A DNA stretch of 64,000 nucleotides. It comes from an uncultured Alphaproteobacteria bacterium. GTDB lineage: Bacteria; Pseudomonadota; Alphaproteobacteria; Sphingomonadales; Sphingomonadaceae. The first letter of the stretch is position 1. Every line of letters begins with the position of its first letter. The stretch is taken from the NCBI GenBank assembly GCA_963846485.1, contig CAWJWB010000007.1, forward strand, positions 59,644 to 123,643, written 5' to 3'. The position numbers and the translations under genes are program-made. The notes beneath the pieces were generated by a model. The model did no database searches, had not been told where the DNA came from, and saw nothing but the letters and a program-made list of their open reading frames with translations. This document shows, piece by piece, positions 1 to 11,417 of the stretch.

Positions 1-82
1 GGACCGACGTCACGGTCGCGGCACCGGCGACGGCCGACACAGCCAGCGCAGCGGTCGCAGCGGCAAGGAAAAGCTTGTTCAT
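1..82 (-). CDS. 5' end of a secreted protein, probably a PEP-CTERM family protein (runs off window start)
   Basis: Reads MNKLFLAAATAALAVSAVAGAATVTSV (Sec signal peptide) with an AGGAG RBS. The upstream sigma54 promoter and enhancer match those of the two complete PEP-CTERM genes. Not in the ORF track. Confidence 0.7.
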   Translation of the reverse strand, partial: MNKLFLAAATAALAVSAVAGAATVTSV

Positions 83-118
83 AACGAGAACTCCTGTTGA
101 ACGCACTGATAACCTTTC

Positions 119-134
119 AGCAAGTTCCATGCCA
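119..134 (-). promoter_or_regulatory. sigma54 -24/-12 promoter
   Basis: Minus strand TGGCATG-GAAC-TTGCT matches TGGCACG-N4-TTGCW. Confidence 0.8.
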
Positions 135-186
135 CTTGCACAACACATTCATTAACAATTGCTTACGGAAGCCGTTCGGGAACGGA

Positions 187-203
187 TGTAAAGAAATCCG
201 ACA
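187..203. promoter_or_regulatory. Enhancer-binding-protein site (TGT-N11-ACA, PrsR-like)
   Basis: TGTAAAGAAATCCGACA; near-identical copies at 30849 and 39082. Confidence 0.7.
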
Positions 204-334
204 CTTATGCTGGGTTTCGCACCATCGCGGCGCGGTCGTTCTCGCCCCTGGCGCTGTCCAGCTGTGCCTGCTGTTGTCCGTTACGCCCCCTTTCGGCGCC
301 GCCGTGCGTTGCGCCGCCCTAGGCAGCAGGGAGA

Positions 335-2509
335 ATGCCCGTGGAATTATGGGGCGGCCATGAGTGCACGGTGAACCGCGTCGGCGACGTCTTCCGCGAT
401 CAAACGCGCCTGACGGGACACGAAGAGCGGCCGAGCGACCTCGCCCGCTTCGCCGAACTCGGGCTTCGGCGGCTGCGTTATCCGGTGCTCTGGGAGCGCG
501 TTGCCCCGGACATGGCCGGCGCGTACGACTGGCGCTGGAGCGACGAGCGGCTGGCGGAGATCGTGCGTTTGGGCATGCAGCCGATCATCGGCCTGCTCCA
601 CCACGGCAGCGGGCCACGCTACACAAGCCTGGTTGCCGACGACTTTCCGCGCCTGTTCACCGACTATGCCGCGGCGGTCGCCGAGCGCTATCCGTGGGTC
701 GACGACTGGACGCCGATCAACGAGCCGCTGACGACGGCGCGCTTCAGTGCACTCTATGGCCACTGGTATCCGCATGCGCGCGACGAGCGGCTGTTCTGGG
801 TCGCCGTTCTCAACCAGGTCGAGGCGACGATCGGGGCGATGCGCGCGATCCGGCGCGTCAATCCGGCGGCGCGGCTGGTGCAGACCGAGGACCTCGGCGA
901 CATCTATGCGACGCCACACCTTGCCGGCCAGGCCGAGCATCTCAACCACCGTCGATGGATCAGCTGGGACCTGCTCGCCGGACGCGTCGTTCCCGGCCAT
1001 GCACTGTGGGGCTATCTCGCGCAGTTCGGTTTCGGCGAGCGGCTACGCGCCATTGCCGACGTGCCGTGTCCGCCGGACGTCGTCGGGGTCAATCACTACA
1101 TCACCAGCGACCGCTTCCTCGATCACCGCGTGGAGCCGTACGATACGCCTCTGCCGCCCGCCGGCTATCACGACCTGACCGCCGCGCGCGTGCTCGATCC
1201 CGCACCGCCGGGGCTCGCCAGCGTGCTGCGGCAGGCGTGGGAGCGGTACGGCATTCCGCTGGCGGTGACCGAGGCGCACCTCGGCTGCTCGCGCGACGAG
1301 CAGCTGCGCTGGCTGCGCCAGGCGTGGCAGACCGGCCTCGACCTGCGCCGCGAAGGCGTCGACGTGCGTGCCGTGACCGCCTGGTCGCTGCTCGGCAGCG
1401 TCGATTGGAACAGCTTGATCACCCGCGATGCCGGGCACTACGAATGCGGCGCCTTCGACGTGCGCGGCGGCGAGCCGCGGGCGACGGCGATCGCCCGGCT
1501 GTTGCCGCAGCTTGCCCAGACGGGGGGCGGTTCGCTGCCGCAAGCCGTCATCGCCGGGCGCGGCTGGTGGCAGCGCGACGAGGTCCGGCTCGAGCACCGC
1601 CCGTACAGTTGGAGCCGCGAGCGGCCGCCGTCGCGCGTCGTGCCCGCCGGCCGCCCGATCCTTGTCGCCGGCGCCACCGGCACGCTCGGCCAGGCGCTCG
1701 CCGGCGGCTGCCGCCTGCGCGGCCTGGCGCACGTGCTGACCGACCGCGCGACGCTGGCGCTCGACGATCCCCGCTCGATCGAGCGCGCGCTCGAACGTCA
1801 CAAGCCGTGGGCGGTGATCAACGCCGCCGGCTGGGTCCGCGTCGACGATGCCGAGGGGGAGGAGGTGGCGTGCATGGCGGCGAACGCGACCGGCGCAGCG
1901 GCACTTGCGGCGGCTTGTGCGGCCAGAGGCATCCACCACACCGTCTTCTCGTCAGACCTGGTGTTCGACGGGGCGGCGGGGCGGCCGTACCTGGAGACGG
2001 ACGCCCCACACCCCCTGAACGCCTATGGTCGCAGCAAGGCGGCGGCCGAGGCGGCGGTGCTGGGGGAACCCCGCGGTCTCGTCATCCGCACGGCGGCGTT
2101 CTTCTCGCCCTACGATGAGCATAATTTCGCCGTCCACCTCGAGCGTGCGCTCCGCGCCGGCCGCCCGTTCGCCGCCGCCGAAGGGTTCGTCGTCACGCCG
2201 ACGTTCGTTCCCCACCTCGTCGCCGCCACGCTCGACCTCGTTATCGACGACGCCACCGGCATCTGGCACCTGGCCAGCGGCGAGGCGCTCAGCTGGCTGG
2301 ACTTCGGCCGCCGCATCGCCGCCGCGCTCGGGCTCCCCGAAGAGCTGGTACGTGCCGCCTCCCCGCGCGAGCTCGGCTGGCGAGCCGAGCGGCCGCGCAA
2401 TGTCGCGCTCGCTTCGGTGCACGGGCGCATCCTGCCGCCACTGGACGAAGCGCTGGCGCATCATGCCGAACGGCGCGCCGCTTTCGCCGCTGCGGCGCAG
2501 GCGGCTTAG
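335..2509 (+). CDS. GH1-like glycoside hydrolase fused to an RmlD-like (dTDP-4-dehydrorhamnose reductase) SDR domain
   Basis: N-half has TPINEP acid/base and AVTE nucleophile motifs. C-half has GATGTLG, INAAG, SSDLVFDG and YGRSK. Confidence 0.85.
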   Translation: MPVELWGGHECTVNRVGDVFRDQTRLTGHEERPSDLARFAELGLRRLRYPVLWERVAPDMAGAYDWRWSDERLAEIVRLGMQPIIGLLHHGSGPRYTSLVADDFPRLFTDYAAAVAERYPWVDDWTPINEPLTTARFSALYGHWYPHARDERLFWVAVLNQVEATIGAMRAIRRVNPAARLVQTEDLGDIYATPHLAGQAEHLNHRRWISWDLLAGRVVPGHALWGYLAQFGFGERLRAIADVPCPPDVVGVNHYITSDRFLDHRVEPYDTPLPPAGYHDLTAARVLDPAPPGLASVLRQAWERYGIPLAVTEAHLGCSRDEQLRWLRQAWQTGLDLRREGVDVRAVTAWSLLGSVDWNSLITRDAGHYECGAFDVRGGEPRATAIARLLPQLAQTGGGSLPQAVIAGRGWWQRDEVRLEHRPYSWSRERPPSRVVPAGRPILVAGATGTLGQALAGGCRLRGLAHVLTDRATLALDDPRSIERALERHKPWAVINAAGWVRVDDAEGEEVACMAANATGAAALAAACAARGIHHTVFSSDLVFDGAAGRPYLETDAPHPLNAYGRSKAAAEAAVLGEPRGLVIRTAAFFSPYDEHNFAVHLERALRAGRPFAAAEGFVVTPTFVPHLVAATLDLVIDDATGIWHLASGEALSWLDFGRRIAAALGLPEELVRAASPRELGWRAERPRNVALASVHGRILPPLDEALAHHAERRAAFAAAAQAA

Positions 2510-3360
2510 GCCGCTTCCTTTTCCAGCGCGGCGTTAAGTTCGGCGCCGAGCAAGAGGACGTACGCCGATAGCGACAGCCAGAGCAGGAGCACGACCACGG
2601 CGCCGAGCGAGCCGTAGGTCGCATTATAGTGACCGAAATAGCGGGCATAGGCGCCGAACAGCAGGGTCATCGCTAGGAAGCCGACCGTCGCGACCATCGA
2701 TCCCGGCGTGACCCACTGCCACCGCGCCTCCGCCCGCGCTGGCGCGTAGCGGTAGAGGACGGCGACGGCGGTCAGGGCGATGCCGCCCGTCACCAGCCAC
2801 GACGCGACCTTGATCATGTCCGTAGCTACGGGCGACAACGAGCCGGTCGACGATCCAAGCGCGGCCAGTGCCGCGCCGGAGGCGAGGGCGAGCACGGCAA
2901 CAACCACTGCCCCTGCGGTCACCGCGGCATTGACCAGCGTCTTCCGCACGAAGCCGCGGGTCTCCGGCACCTCATAGGCGACGTTCAGCGCGGTGACGAT
3001 CGCCGCCGCTCCCTTCATCGCGCCATACAGGGCCAGTGCGAGCGCAAGGGCGAGGCCCAGTCCCTTCTTGCTCGCGGCGGTATGGACGACGCTCGTCAGC
3101 TGCTGCTCGATCAACCGGGCGGCGTCGGCGGGGATGTGCTGGACGAGCTCGTGCATCTGCCGGCTGACCTCGCCGGGATCATTGACGAGCCCGTAGGTCA
3201 TGACCACGGCCCCGAGCGCCGGGATCAGCGTGAGGAAGCCGTAATAGGCGACGCCGGCGGCGATCAGTCCGAGATTGTCCTGGCCCAAGTCGCGGTACAC
3301 CCGGACGAGTACCTTGCCCCAGCCGGTAAGCTTCAGCGCTTGCGGCGGCGTGGCGGGCAT
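2506..3360 (-). CDS. YihY/virulence factor BrkB family membrane protein
   Basis: AAGVAYY, ALNVAYEV, LYRYAP, YNATYGSLGAVVVLLLW motifs; start at MPATPP. Confidence 0.9.
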   Translation of the reverse strand: MPATPPQALKLTGWGKVLVRVYRDLGQDNLGLIAAGVAYYGFLTLIPALGAVVMTYGLVNDPGEVSRQMHELVQHIPADAARLIEQQLTSVVHTAASKKGLGLALALALALYGAMKGAAAIVTALNVAYEVPETRGFVRKTLVNAAVTAGAVVVAVLALASGAALAALGSSTGSLSPVATDMIKVASWLVTGGIALTAVAVLYRYAPARAEARWQWVTPGSMVATVGFLAMTLLFGAYARYFGHYNATYGSLGAVVVLLLWLSLSAYVLLLGAELNAALEKEAA

Positions 3361-3439
3361 GATGGCGTCCTTGCGGGAGGTAGGCCGGTCAACGCGTGAG
3401 GAGCCGTGGGATGCGGCCCGCTGGCGTTGGCGCAGGCGC

Positions 3440-5035
<1,596 letters not shown>

Positions 5036-5145
5036 GCAGGTCCTAATCGGACGGCGGCCCGGGCCACGACGATCGTGCCGGCGGCGGTCCCACGCCGGGC
5101 GCTTGCGCAAACTTCGGCGGAAAAGTCAACCGGCGCGGACATGGA

Positions 5146-5171
5146 AAGGGCGGGGATTGCTCCCCGCCCTT
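5146..5171 (-). terminator. Rho-independent terminator after the TonB receptor gene
   Basis: AAGGGCGGGGA-TTGC-TCCCCGCCCTT hairpin just past the stop. Confidence 0.7.
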
Positions 5172-5193
5172 GCCGTCGTCGACAGTCCAGACG

Positions 5194-8100
5194 TCAGAAC
5201 TTCACGCCGCCGGCGATGCCGTAGCGTCGCGGCTCGAGCGTGAAGATGTTGGTGAACAGGCCCGACGACTGGTCGGTGACGTAGAGGCCCGTCGTCGCGT
5301 TGTTGTTGGCGATGTTCTGGATGAAGCCGCGGATGAACCAGCGGTCGTCCTTGCCGTTGATCTGCACCTGGGCGTTCATGATGTAGTAGGCCGGGATGCG
5401 GTCGGCATTGTCGTTGAAGATGCTGCCGGTGCTGTTGCCGGTCAGCGCGATGTCGAAGCGCGGCACGACACTGACGCCGCTGTCGCCGGCGGCGATCGTG
5501 TACTGGACACCCGCCGACGCCTTGAACTTCGGCGACTGCGGCAGCTGATTGCCGCGGACATTGACCTTCACACCGTCGTTGACGACGTTGACGCCGCCGA
5601 ACAGCGCGCCGACCGTGCTGGCGCTGCCCGCGAGCGCCGAGCAGATGCCGAAGGCACCCGTGGTCTGGCCCTGGATGCCGCTGCCCGCCGGGAACGGGGT
5701 CGGCGCGTTCAGCCCGATCGCGGCGTTGATCGCGCCGACATAGCCGTTGACACCGGCGACATTGCCCGGCGTCGTCGGCACCACGGCGCAGTTGGCCGCG
5801 GTCGTGATGTCCTTGATGATCACCGCGTCGCCGCGTCCGCCCGAGAAGTCGCGCGGGTTGGCGAAGAAGGTGTCACCGGACACCATGGTCTTTAGGTAGC
5901 TGAAGCTGGCGTTGAAGGCGAGGGCGCGGATCGGCTCGACTACGGTGTCGGCCTCGACACCGTAGATGTTGGCGTTGATATTGTCGTTGACTGAGGTACG
6001 GGCGACGATGCGGCTGATCTGCAGGCCCTTGTACTTGTAGTAGAAGGCAGCGAGGTTCAGTCGCAGGCGGCCGTCGAGGAAGGTGTTCTTCGAGCCGACT
6101 TCGAAAGAATCGATGAACTCGGGCGCGAAGCTGACCGGCACCGTGTAGATCGGCGACAGCGGCGGGTTGATGCCGCCCGATTTGTAGCCGCGTGAGTAGG
6201 ACGCGTAGATCAGGTTCTCGTCGGTGATCTTGTAGTCGACCACGGCGCGGCCGGTCAGTTCCTTGAAGCTGACGCTGGCGTTCTCGAATAGCTGGCTGCC
6301 GCCGTTGACGGTATCGAAGTCGAGATTGTTGTAGCCGACCGCCTGGGTGATGTTGGTCGAGCCGTAAGGCAGCAGGACGGGATTGCCCTGCGCGTCCTGG
6401 AACAGCGTCGTGCGCGCGCTGACGTTCTTCTGGTCGTTGTTGTAGCGCAAACCGACGGTCAGCTTCAGCTTGTCGGTAGCCTGGAAATAGGCCTCGCCGA
6501 AGATACCGTACGACTTCAGCAGGTAGTTCGCGGTATTGTTGCGGTAGTATGGCGAGGCCTGGTAGCTGTTGGGGAAGGCGGTATTGCCACCCAGCTGCTG
6601 GCCGAGCGTCCCGGCGAGCCCCAGCACAGCCGACGCATAATCGAGACCGAAGGCGTTGACGTAGTAGCTGTTCTCGCTCGTCTTGAAGCTGTTGTAGATG
6701 CCGCCGACGAGGAAGTTGAACTTGCCGTCGAGCTGCGACGTCAGGATGGCTTCGCCGGTATAGCCCTCGTTGCGCTGGATCGAGCGATCGTAGTTGAGCG
6801 GCACCGCGCCGCAGGTCGCGCGGCCGCCGAATGCACCGGTGCCGGTCGTGTCATAGACCGACGAGGTGCAGTACGGGCCGCCCGGGCCGTTCGGGATCAG
6901 CGCGGAGACCGCCGGCTTGATCTGCGACAGGCCGGCCGCGAACGGGGCGAGCGAGGGCGACAGCGCGCCCGCGCCGCCCTGGGCATAGATCGACGCGACC
7001 GTCAGGCCGGACACGAACCCGGCCGGATTGTTGAGCGCGAGGTCATAGTCCTGCGACGAGTCGACGGTGTTGCGCTGATACAGGCCCGAGACGTCGAGCT
7101 TGAACTTGCCGAAGTCGTGCTCGATCTTCGCTTCGGCGTTGATCTCGTCGGCGAAGTAGCGCGGCTGATAGGCCGTATAGACCTGGCGCGGATCCTGCGG
7201 GTTGATCGCGCCGCTATAGGCATCGGGCCCATACAGGTTGGCGATGGCGAGCGGCTTCAGCGCTGGCGCGAGCGCCCCGAAGATCGCGGGCGCGCCGAGG
7301 AACTGCTGCGAGGCGAAGATGCTAGCGAGCGTCGAGTTCGCGTTGGTGACGCCGTTCTGGCCGTTGTTGGTCAGGCTGCCGGGCAAGCAGCCGAGGACGC
7401 CGGTCGGATCGCGGTCGCACAGCTGCTTCTGGTTGCGCAGGCGATCGTCCTTCTCGTGGAAGTAGTAGCCCATCAGGTCGACCGTGGTGTTCGGCTCGGG
7501 GCGCCAGCGGATCGAGCCGCGTACCGAATACTCGTCGCGGCCGTCGATGCGGGTGTTGTTGTACAGGTTCTCGGTATAGCCGTTGCGGTTCAGGTAGGTA
7601 CCGGCGAGGCGAACGGCGAGCGTGTCGCCGAGCGGCACGTTGATCATGCCCTTGATGCGATAGCTGTTGTAGTTGCCGTACTCGCCCTCGGCGGCGGCGT
7701 GCAGGCCCTTCAGGTCGGGCTTGGCGGTGATGAAGTTGACGACGCCCGCGGTCGCGTTGCGGCCGAACAGGGTGCCCTGCGGCCCGCGCAACACCTCGAC
7801 ACGTTCGAGATCGAAGAAGTCGGTCTCGAAGATGCGCGTGCCGTACAGCGGCAGGTCGTTGATGTGGATGGCGGTCGCCGAATCGCAGGTGACGCCGACG
7901 CACAGGTCGCCGACGCCGCGGATCGTGAAGTTGCCGCTGGTGAAGTTGCCCTTGGTGAAGGTGATGTTGGGCAGCGTCAGCTGGAGGTCCGACGAGTTGT
8001 TGATCTGCTGCGCAGCGAGGCTCTGCGCGGTGAAGGCGGTGACGGCGATCGGCACGTCCTGCAGGCTCTGCGAGGTGCGCTGGGCGGTGACGACGATCTC

Positions 8101-8262
8101 GTCGAGCGCGTTATAGGCGCCTCCGGCGGCCGGGGGCGTCGCCACCTGCCCGGGATTAGCCGGGGCGTCGGCCGCGACCTGGGCGAACGCCGGCGCGGCG
8201 GCAAGCAGGGCAAGGCACGAGACCCCGGTGAGGGCGTTCCGCGAGGCGGCATGGAGGCGCAT
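5194..8262 (-). CDS. TonB-dependent receptor
   Basis: Signal peptide, DEIVVTAQR TonB box, ERVEVLRGPQGTLFGRNATAG plug motif, C-terminal Phe. Confidence 0.95.
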   Translation of the reverse strand: MRLHAASRNALTGVSCLALLAAAPAFAQVAADAPANPGQVATPPAAGGAYNALDEIVVTAQRTSQSLQDVPIAVTAFTAQSLAAQQINNSSDLQLTLPNITFTKGNFTSGNFTIRGVGDLCVGVTCDSATAIHINDLPLYGTRIFETDFFDLERVEVLRGPQGTLFGRNATAGVVNFITAKPDLKGLHAAAEGEYGNYNSYRIKGMINVPLGDTLAVRLAGTYLNRNGYTENLYNNTRIDGRDEYSVRGSIRWRPEPNTTVDLMGYYFHEKDDRLRNQKQLCDRDPTGVLGCLPGSLTNNGQNGVTNANSTLASIFASQQFLGAPAIFGALAPALKPLAIANLYGPDAYSGAINPQDPRQVYTAYQPRYFADEINAEAKIEHDFGKFKLDVSGLYQRNTVDSSQDYDLALNNPAGFVSGLTVASIYAQGGAGALSPSLAPFAAGLSQIKPAVSALIPNGPGGPYCTSSVYDTTGTGAFGGRATCGAVPLNYDRSIQRNEGYTGEAILTSQLDGKFNFLVGGIYNSFKTSENSYYVNAFGLDYASAVLGLAGTLGQQLGGNTAFPNSYQASPYYRNNTANYLLKSYGIFGEAYFQATDKLKLTVGLRYNNDQKNVSARTTLFQDAQGNPVLLPYGSTNITQAVGYNNLDFDTVNGGSQLFENASVSFKELTGRAVVDYKITDENLIYASYSRGYKSGGINPPLSPIYTVPVSFAPEFIDSFEVGSKNTFLDGRLRLNLAAFYYKYKGLQISRIVARTSVNDNINANIYGVEADTVVEPIRALAFNASFSYLKTMVSGDTFFANPRDFSGGRGDAVIIKDITTAANCAVVPTTPGNVAGVNGYVGAINAAIGLNAPTPFPAGSGIQGQTTGAFGICSALAGSASTVGALFGGVNVVNDGVKVNVRGNQLPQSPKFKASAGVQYTIAAGDSGVSVVPRFDIALTGNSTGSIFNDNADRIPAYYIMNAQVQINGKDDRWFIRGFIQNIANNNATTGLYVTDQSSGLFTNIFTLEPRRYGIAGGVKF

Positions 8263-8448
8263 GGTCTTCTCCCCAGAATGTTGATCGAGACGCCGGCGTT
8301 GTCCGCCGGTCGCCGACCACGAGCGAGCGTGGTTCGAGCGCATGTGAACCGGCGGCCCCTTGCTTGTCCACGCATGGCCTGCGGCAAATTGGTTAAGCCG
8401 GAACAACGAACTCGCGGCTGTGGCTGAAATGCCACAACCCGGCGCCGC

Positions 8449-8853
8449 TCAGGGGCGGACGCGGACGATCGACGTGATCGGGCAGGTGACGCCGACGCGC
8501 GACATGACCGCGTCCCGCCCGGCGCAAAGACGGCCGGCGAGGGCGCGGCGATAGTAGAAGCCCTGGTAGAAGCTGAGCGCCGGGCAGGCGGCGGCGAAGT
8601 TCATCCGCCAGCGGCTGTGGTCGCGCATCGTCAGTTCGACCGCCTGGTCGCCGAAGACCACCGCGCCGGCGACCTTGTCGATCCCGATGCAGCGGGTGCG
8701 CGCGGCGCGGCTGCCGATGTCTGGCGCGATCGCTCCCTGTCCGGGACGGGCATGGACCTGCGCGACGCGGCGATCGAACGCCGGCGGCGCGGCAGCACCC
8801 AGCGTGAGGAGCATGCCGACGCCCGCGGGGATAAGCCAAGCCTTCACTGTCAC
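8449..8853 (-). CDS. Small secreted Cys-containing protein (DUF6491-like)
   Basis: Signal-like N-terminus; CI...CP.L...LC.GRD...CPI pattern. Confidence 0.55.
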   Translation of the reverse strand: MTVKAWLIPAGVGMLLTLGAAAPPAFDRRVAQVHARPGQGAIAPDIGSRAARTRCIGIDKVAGAVVFGDQAVELTMRDHSRWRMNFAAACPALSFYQGFYYRRALAGRLCAGRDAVMSRVGVTCPITSIVRVRP

Positions 8854-8958
8854 GCCTCGCTGCGCCTAAGTCCTTGGCCTGCTGGCGCGTGCTTGAACCG
8901 TAGATGAACGGCGTTCCCACGCGTGGCTCTGCGCGGCGGTGGCTGGTAAGGAGCGCCG

Positions 8959-10341
8959 ATGAGCGCACTTGAAGCCATTCGCGCAGCGGTCGGCGAGGCG
9001 TGGAGCGACGACCCGGCCGTCCTCGCGCCGCACCTCCTCGACTGGCGCGGACGGGTGCGCGGCGCGGCGGCGATGATCGTCCGGCCGCGCACGACGGCCG
9101 AAGTCGCCGCTCTGGTCCGCGCGGCGGCGGCCGGCGGCGTGCCGCTGGTGCCGCAGGGGGGCAATACCGGGCTCGCGGGCGGCGCGACGCCGTCGCTGCG
9201 GGGCGACGCGGTGATCGTCAGCCTCGCCCGGATGGACGCGATCGGCGACGTCGATATCGCCGGGCAGACGGTGACGGTCGGGAGCGGGGCGATCCTCGCC
9301 AACGTCCAGGCCGCTGCCGCCGCGGCCGGCATGATGTTCGCGCTCGACCTCGCCGCGAAGGGCTCGGCGACGATCGGCGGCCTGGTCTCGACCAACGCCG
9401 GCGGGGTCCAGGTCCTGCGCCACGGCACGATGCGCGCGCAGGTCGCGGGGCTCGAGGCGGTGCTGCCGTCGGGCGCGGTGCTCGACCAGCTGTCGCCGCT
9501 GGTCAAGGACACGGCCGGCTACGACATCAAGCAGCTGCTGATCGGCGCGGAGGGCACGCTCGGCATCGTCACCCGCGCCTGCCTGCGGCTGCTGCCGGCG
9601 CCGCGCGAGCGCGCGGTCGCCTGGGTCGGGGTGACGTCGCCCGCGGCGGCCTTGGCGCTGTTGCAACGGCTGCGCGGTGAGGTCGGCGAGGTCGAGAGCT
9701 TCGAGCTGATCCCGCTGGCCGGCGTCGAGCTGGTCGCCGCGCACGGCCTGCGGCCCCCGCTCGCGGAGCCGGCGCCGTGGCAGGTGCTGATCGAGCTGAC
9801 GTCGCTCCGGCCCGCGGGCCTCGTCGAGGCGCTGACCGCCGGGCTCGCCGGCGCGCCGCTGGTCGACGCGGTGATCGCCCAGTCGGCGGCGCAGGCGGCG
9901 GCGCTGTGGCGGATCCGCGAGACGCTGCCCGAGGCCGAGCGGCGCGACGGCGTCGCGGTCAAGCACGACCTCGCCGTACCGGTCCCGGCGCTCCCGGCCT
10001 TCATCGCGGCGACGACGCCTGCGGTCGAGGCGGCCTGGCCGGGCGCGCGCGTGCTGGCCTTCGGGCACGTCGGCGACGGCAACCTCCACTACAACGTCCG
10101 CGCGCCCGCCGGCTGCGACAGCGCCGCCTGGGTGGAAGAACACGGTTCCGCGGTGACGCGCTTCGTCAACGACCGCGTGGTTGCTGCCGGTGGCACGATC
10201 GCCGCCGAGCACGGCATCGGCAGCGTCAAGGCTGGCGAGCTCGCGCGCGTCGGCGATCCCGCGCGGCTGGCGGCGATGCGCGCGGTCAAGGCGGCGCTCG
10301 ACCCTGCAGGGATCATGAACCCGGGCAAGGTGCTCGCCTGA
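8959..10341 (+). CDS. FAD-binding oxidoreductase (D-2-hydroxyacid dehydrogenase-like)
   Basis: PQGGNTGL, STNAGG, GAEGTLG, GHVGDGNLH, AEHGIG, MNPGK. Confidence 0.9.
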   Translation: MSALEAIRAAVGEAWSDDPAVLAPHLLDWRGRVRGAAAMIVRPRTTAEVAALVRAAAAGGVPLVPQGGNTGLAGGATPSLRGDAVIVSLARMDAIGDVDIAGQTVTVGSGAILANVQAAAAAAGMMFALDLAAKGSATIGGLVSTNAGGVQVLRHGTMRAQVAGLEAVLPSGAVLDQLSPLVKDTAGYDIKQLLIGAEGTLGIVTRACLRLLPAPRERAVAWVGVTSPAAALALLQRLRGEVGEVESFELIPLAGVELVAAHGLRPPLAEPAPWQVLIELTSLRPAGLVEALTAGLAGAPLVDAVIAQSAAQAAALWRIRETLPEAERRDGVAVKHDLAVPVPALPAFIAATTPAVEAAWPGARVLAFGHVGDGNLHYNVRAPAGCDSAAWVEEHGSAVTRFVNDRVVAAGGTIAAEHGIGSVKAGELARVGDPARLAAMRAVKAALDPAGIMNPGKVLA

Positions 10342-10429
10342 ACGCGGCTTGCGCGGCCGCGGCGTGGTGCCTACACAGCGGCCCGCGCGCGGACCCGTGG
10401 GGGGACCGCGGCTCGAAAGTATCGTCCTC

Positions 10430-11173
10430 ATGGCCTCGGTTCCCGCGTCGCAGCTGCCGCTGTTCTACAAGTCGATCGTTCCGGTCTCGACCCAGTTCCA
10501 TTCCGGTCACGGCCTGGTCCACAGCACGACGCTCGGCTTCACCCGGACGACGCACGCCATCCCGCTGACGGTCGACGAGTTCGCCTTCGCCCAACGCACC
10601 TTCCCCATCGTCTTCGGGCTCGGCGACAACCCCGCGCCGCTGGCGCTTCTCAGCCTGATAGACGGGCTGAACCTCTTCATCGACGCTGACGGCAAGTGGC
10701 AGGACGGCGCGTATCTGCCGGCGTTCGTCCGCCGCTATCCGTTCATGCTGGCCAAGCTCGGGCCCGAGGCGACCGAGCTGTCGCTGTGCTTCGACGATCT
10801 CTCCGGGCTGGTCACGGCCGAGGGCGAGGACAAGCTGTTCGACGGCGATCAGCCGTCGGCGACGACGCAGCGCATCCTCGACTTCTGTGGCCAGTTCGAG
10901 CAGGCGATCGCCCGCACGCGCGGCTTCATGGAAGAGATGGACAAGCTCGAACTGCTCATCGACGGCGAGGTGACGATCCAGCAGCCGGGCGGCGAGCCGG
11001 CGATCTATCGCGGTTTCCGCATGGTCGCCGAGGAGAAGCTGCATGCCCTCCGCGGCGACCAGGTTCGCAAGATGGTCCAGAACGGGATGATGGGGCTGAT
11101 CTACGCCCACCTGTTCTCGCTGTCGCACATCCCCGCGCTCTTCGAGAAGCAGCGCGCGGGCCTCGCCGCCTGA
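10430..11173 (+). CDS. SapC family protein
   Basis: PLTVDEF, FPIVF, YLPAFVRRYPF, LIYAHLFSL. Confidence 0.9.
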   Translation: MASVPASQLPLFYKSIVPVSTQFHSGHGLVHSTTLGFTRTTHAIPLTVDEFAFAQRTFPIVFGLGDNPAPLALLSLIDGLNLFIDADGKWQDGAYLPAFVRRYPFMLAKLGPEATELSLCFDDLSGLVTAEGEDKLFDGDQPSATTQRILDFCGQFEQAIARTRGFMEEMDKLELLIDGEVTIQQPGGEPAIYRGFRMVAEEKLHALRGDQVRKMVQNGMMGLIYAHLFSLSHIPALFEKQRAGLAA

Positions 11174-11176
11174 CGT

Positions 11177-11371
11177 CTAGCGCCTGAACAGCGCGTCGGC
11201 GGCGCTGCGGAAATCGGCGGCTCCGGTGCGCTTGGTGCGGGTCCGGGCGACCTCGGCCTCGAGCGTTGCGATTCGCTCGTCCAGCTCGGCCAGCGACAGC
11301 CGGTCCAGGTCCTGGCGGACGAGGGCCACAAGCGTGTCGTCGGGCCGCGGGCGGGGGAGATCGTCGTCCAT
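11177..11371 (-). CDS. DUF1192 small coiled-coil protein
   Basis: DLDRLSLAELDERIATLEAE...AADALF. Confidence 0.85.
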   Translation of the reverse strand: MDDDLPRPRPDDTLVALVRQDLDRLSLAELDERIATLEAEVARTRTKRTGAADFRSAADALFRR

Positions 11372-11417
11372 GCCGCTCGACGTTGACCCGGCGCGGCCCC
11401 GAGTTCAATATGCCGCC

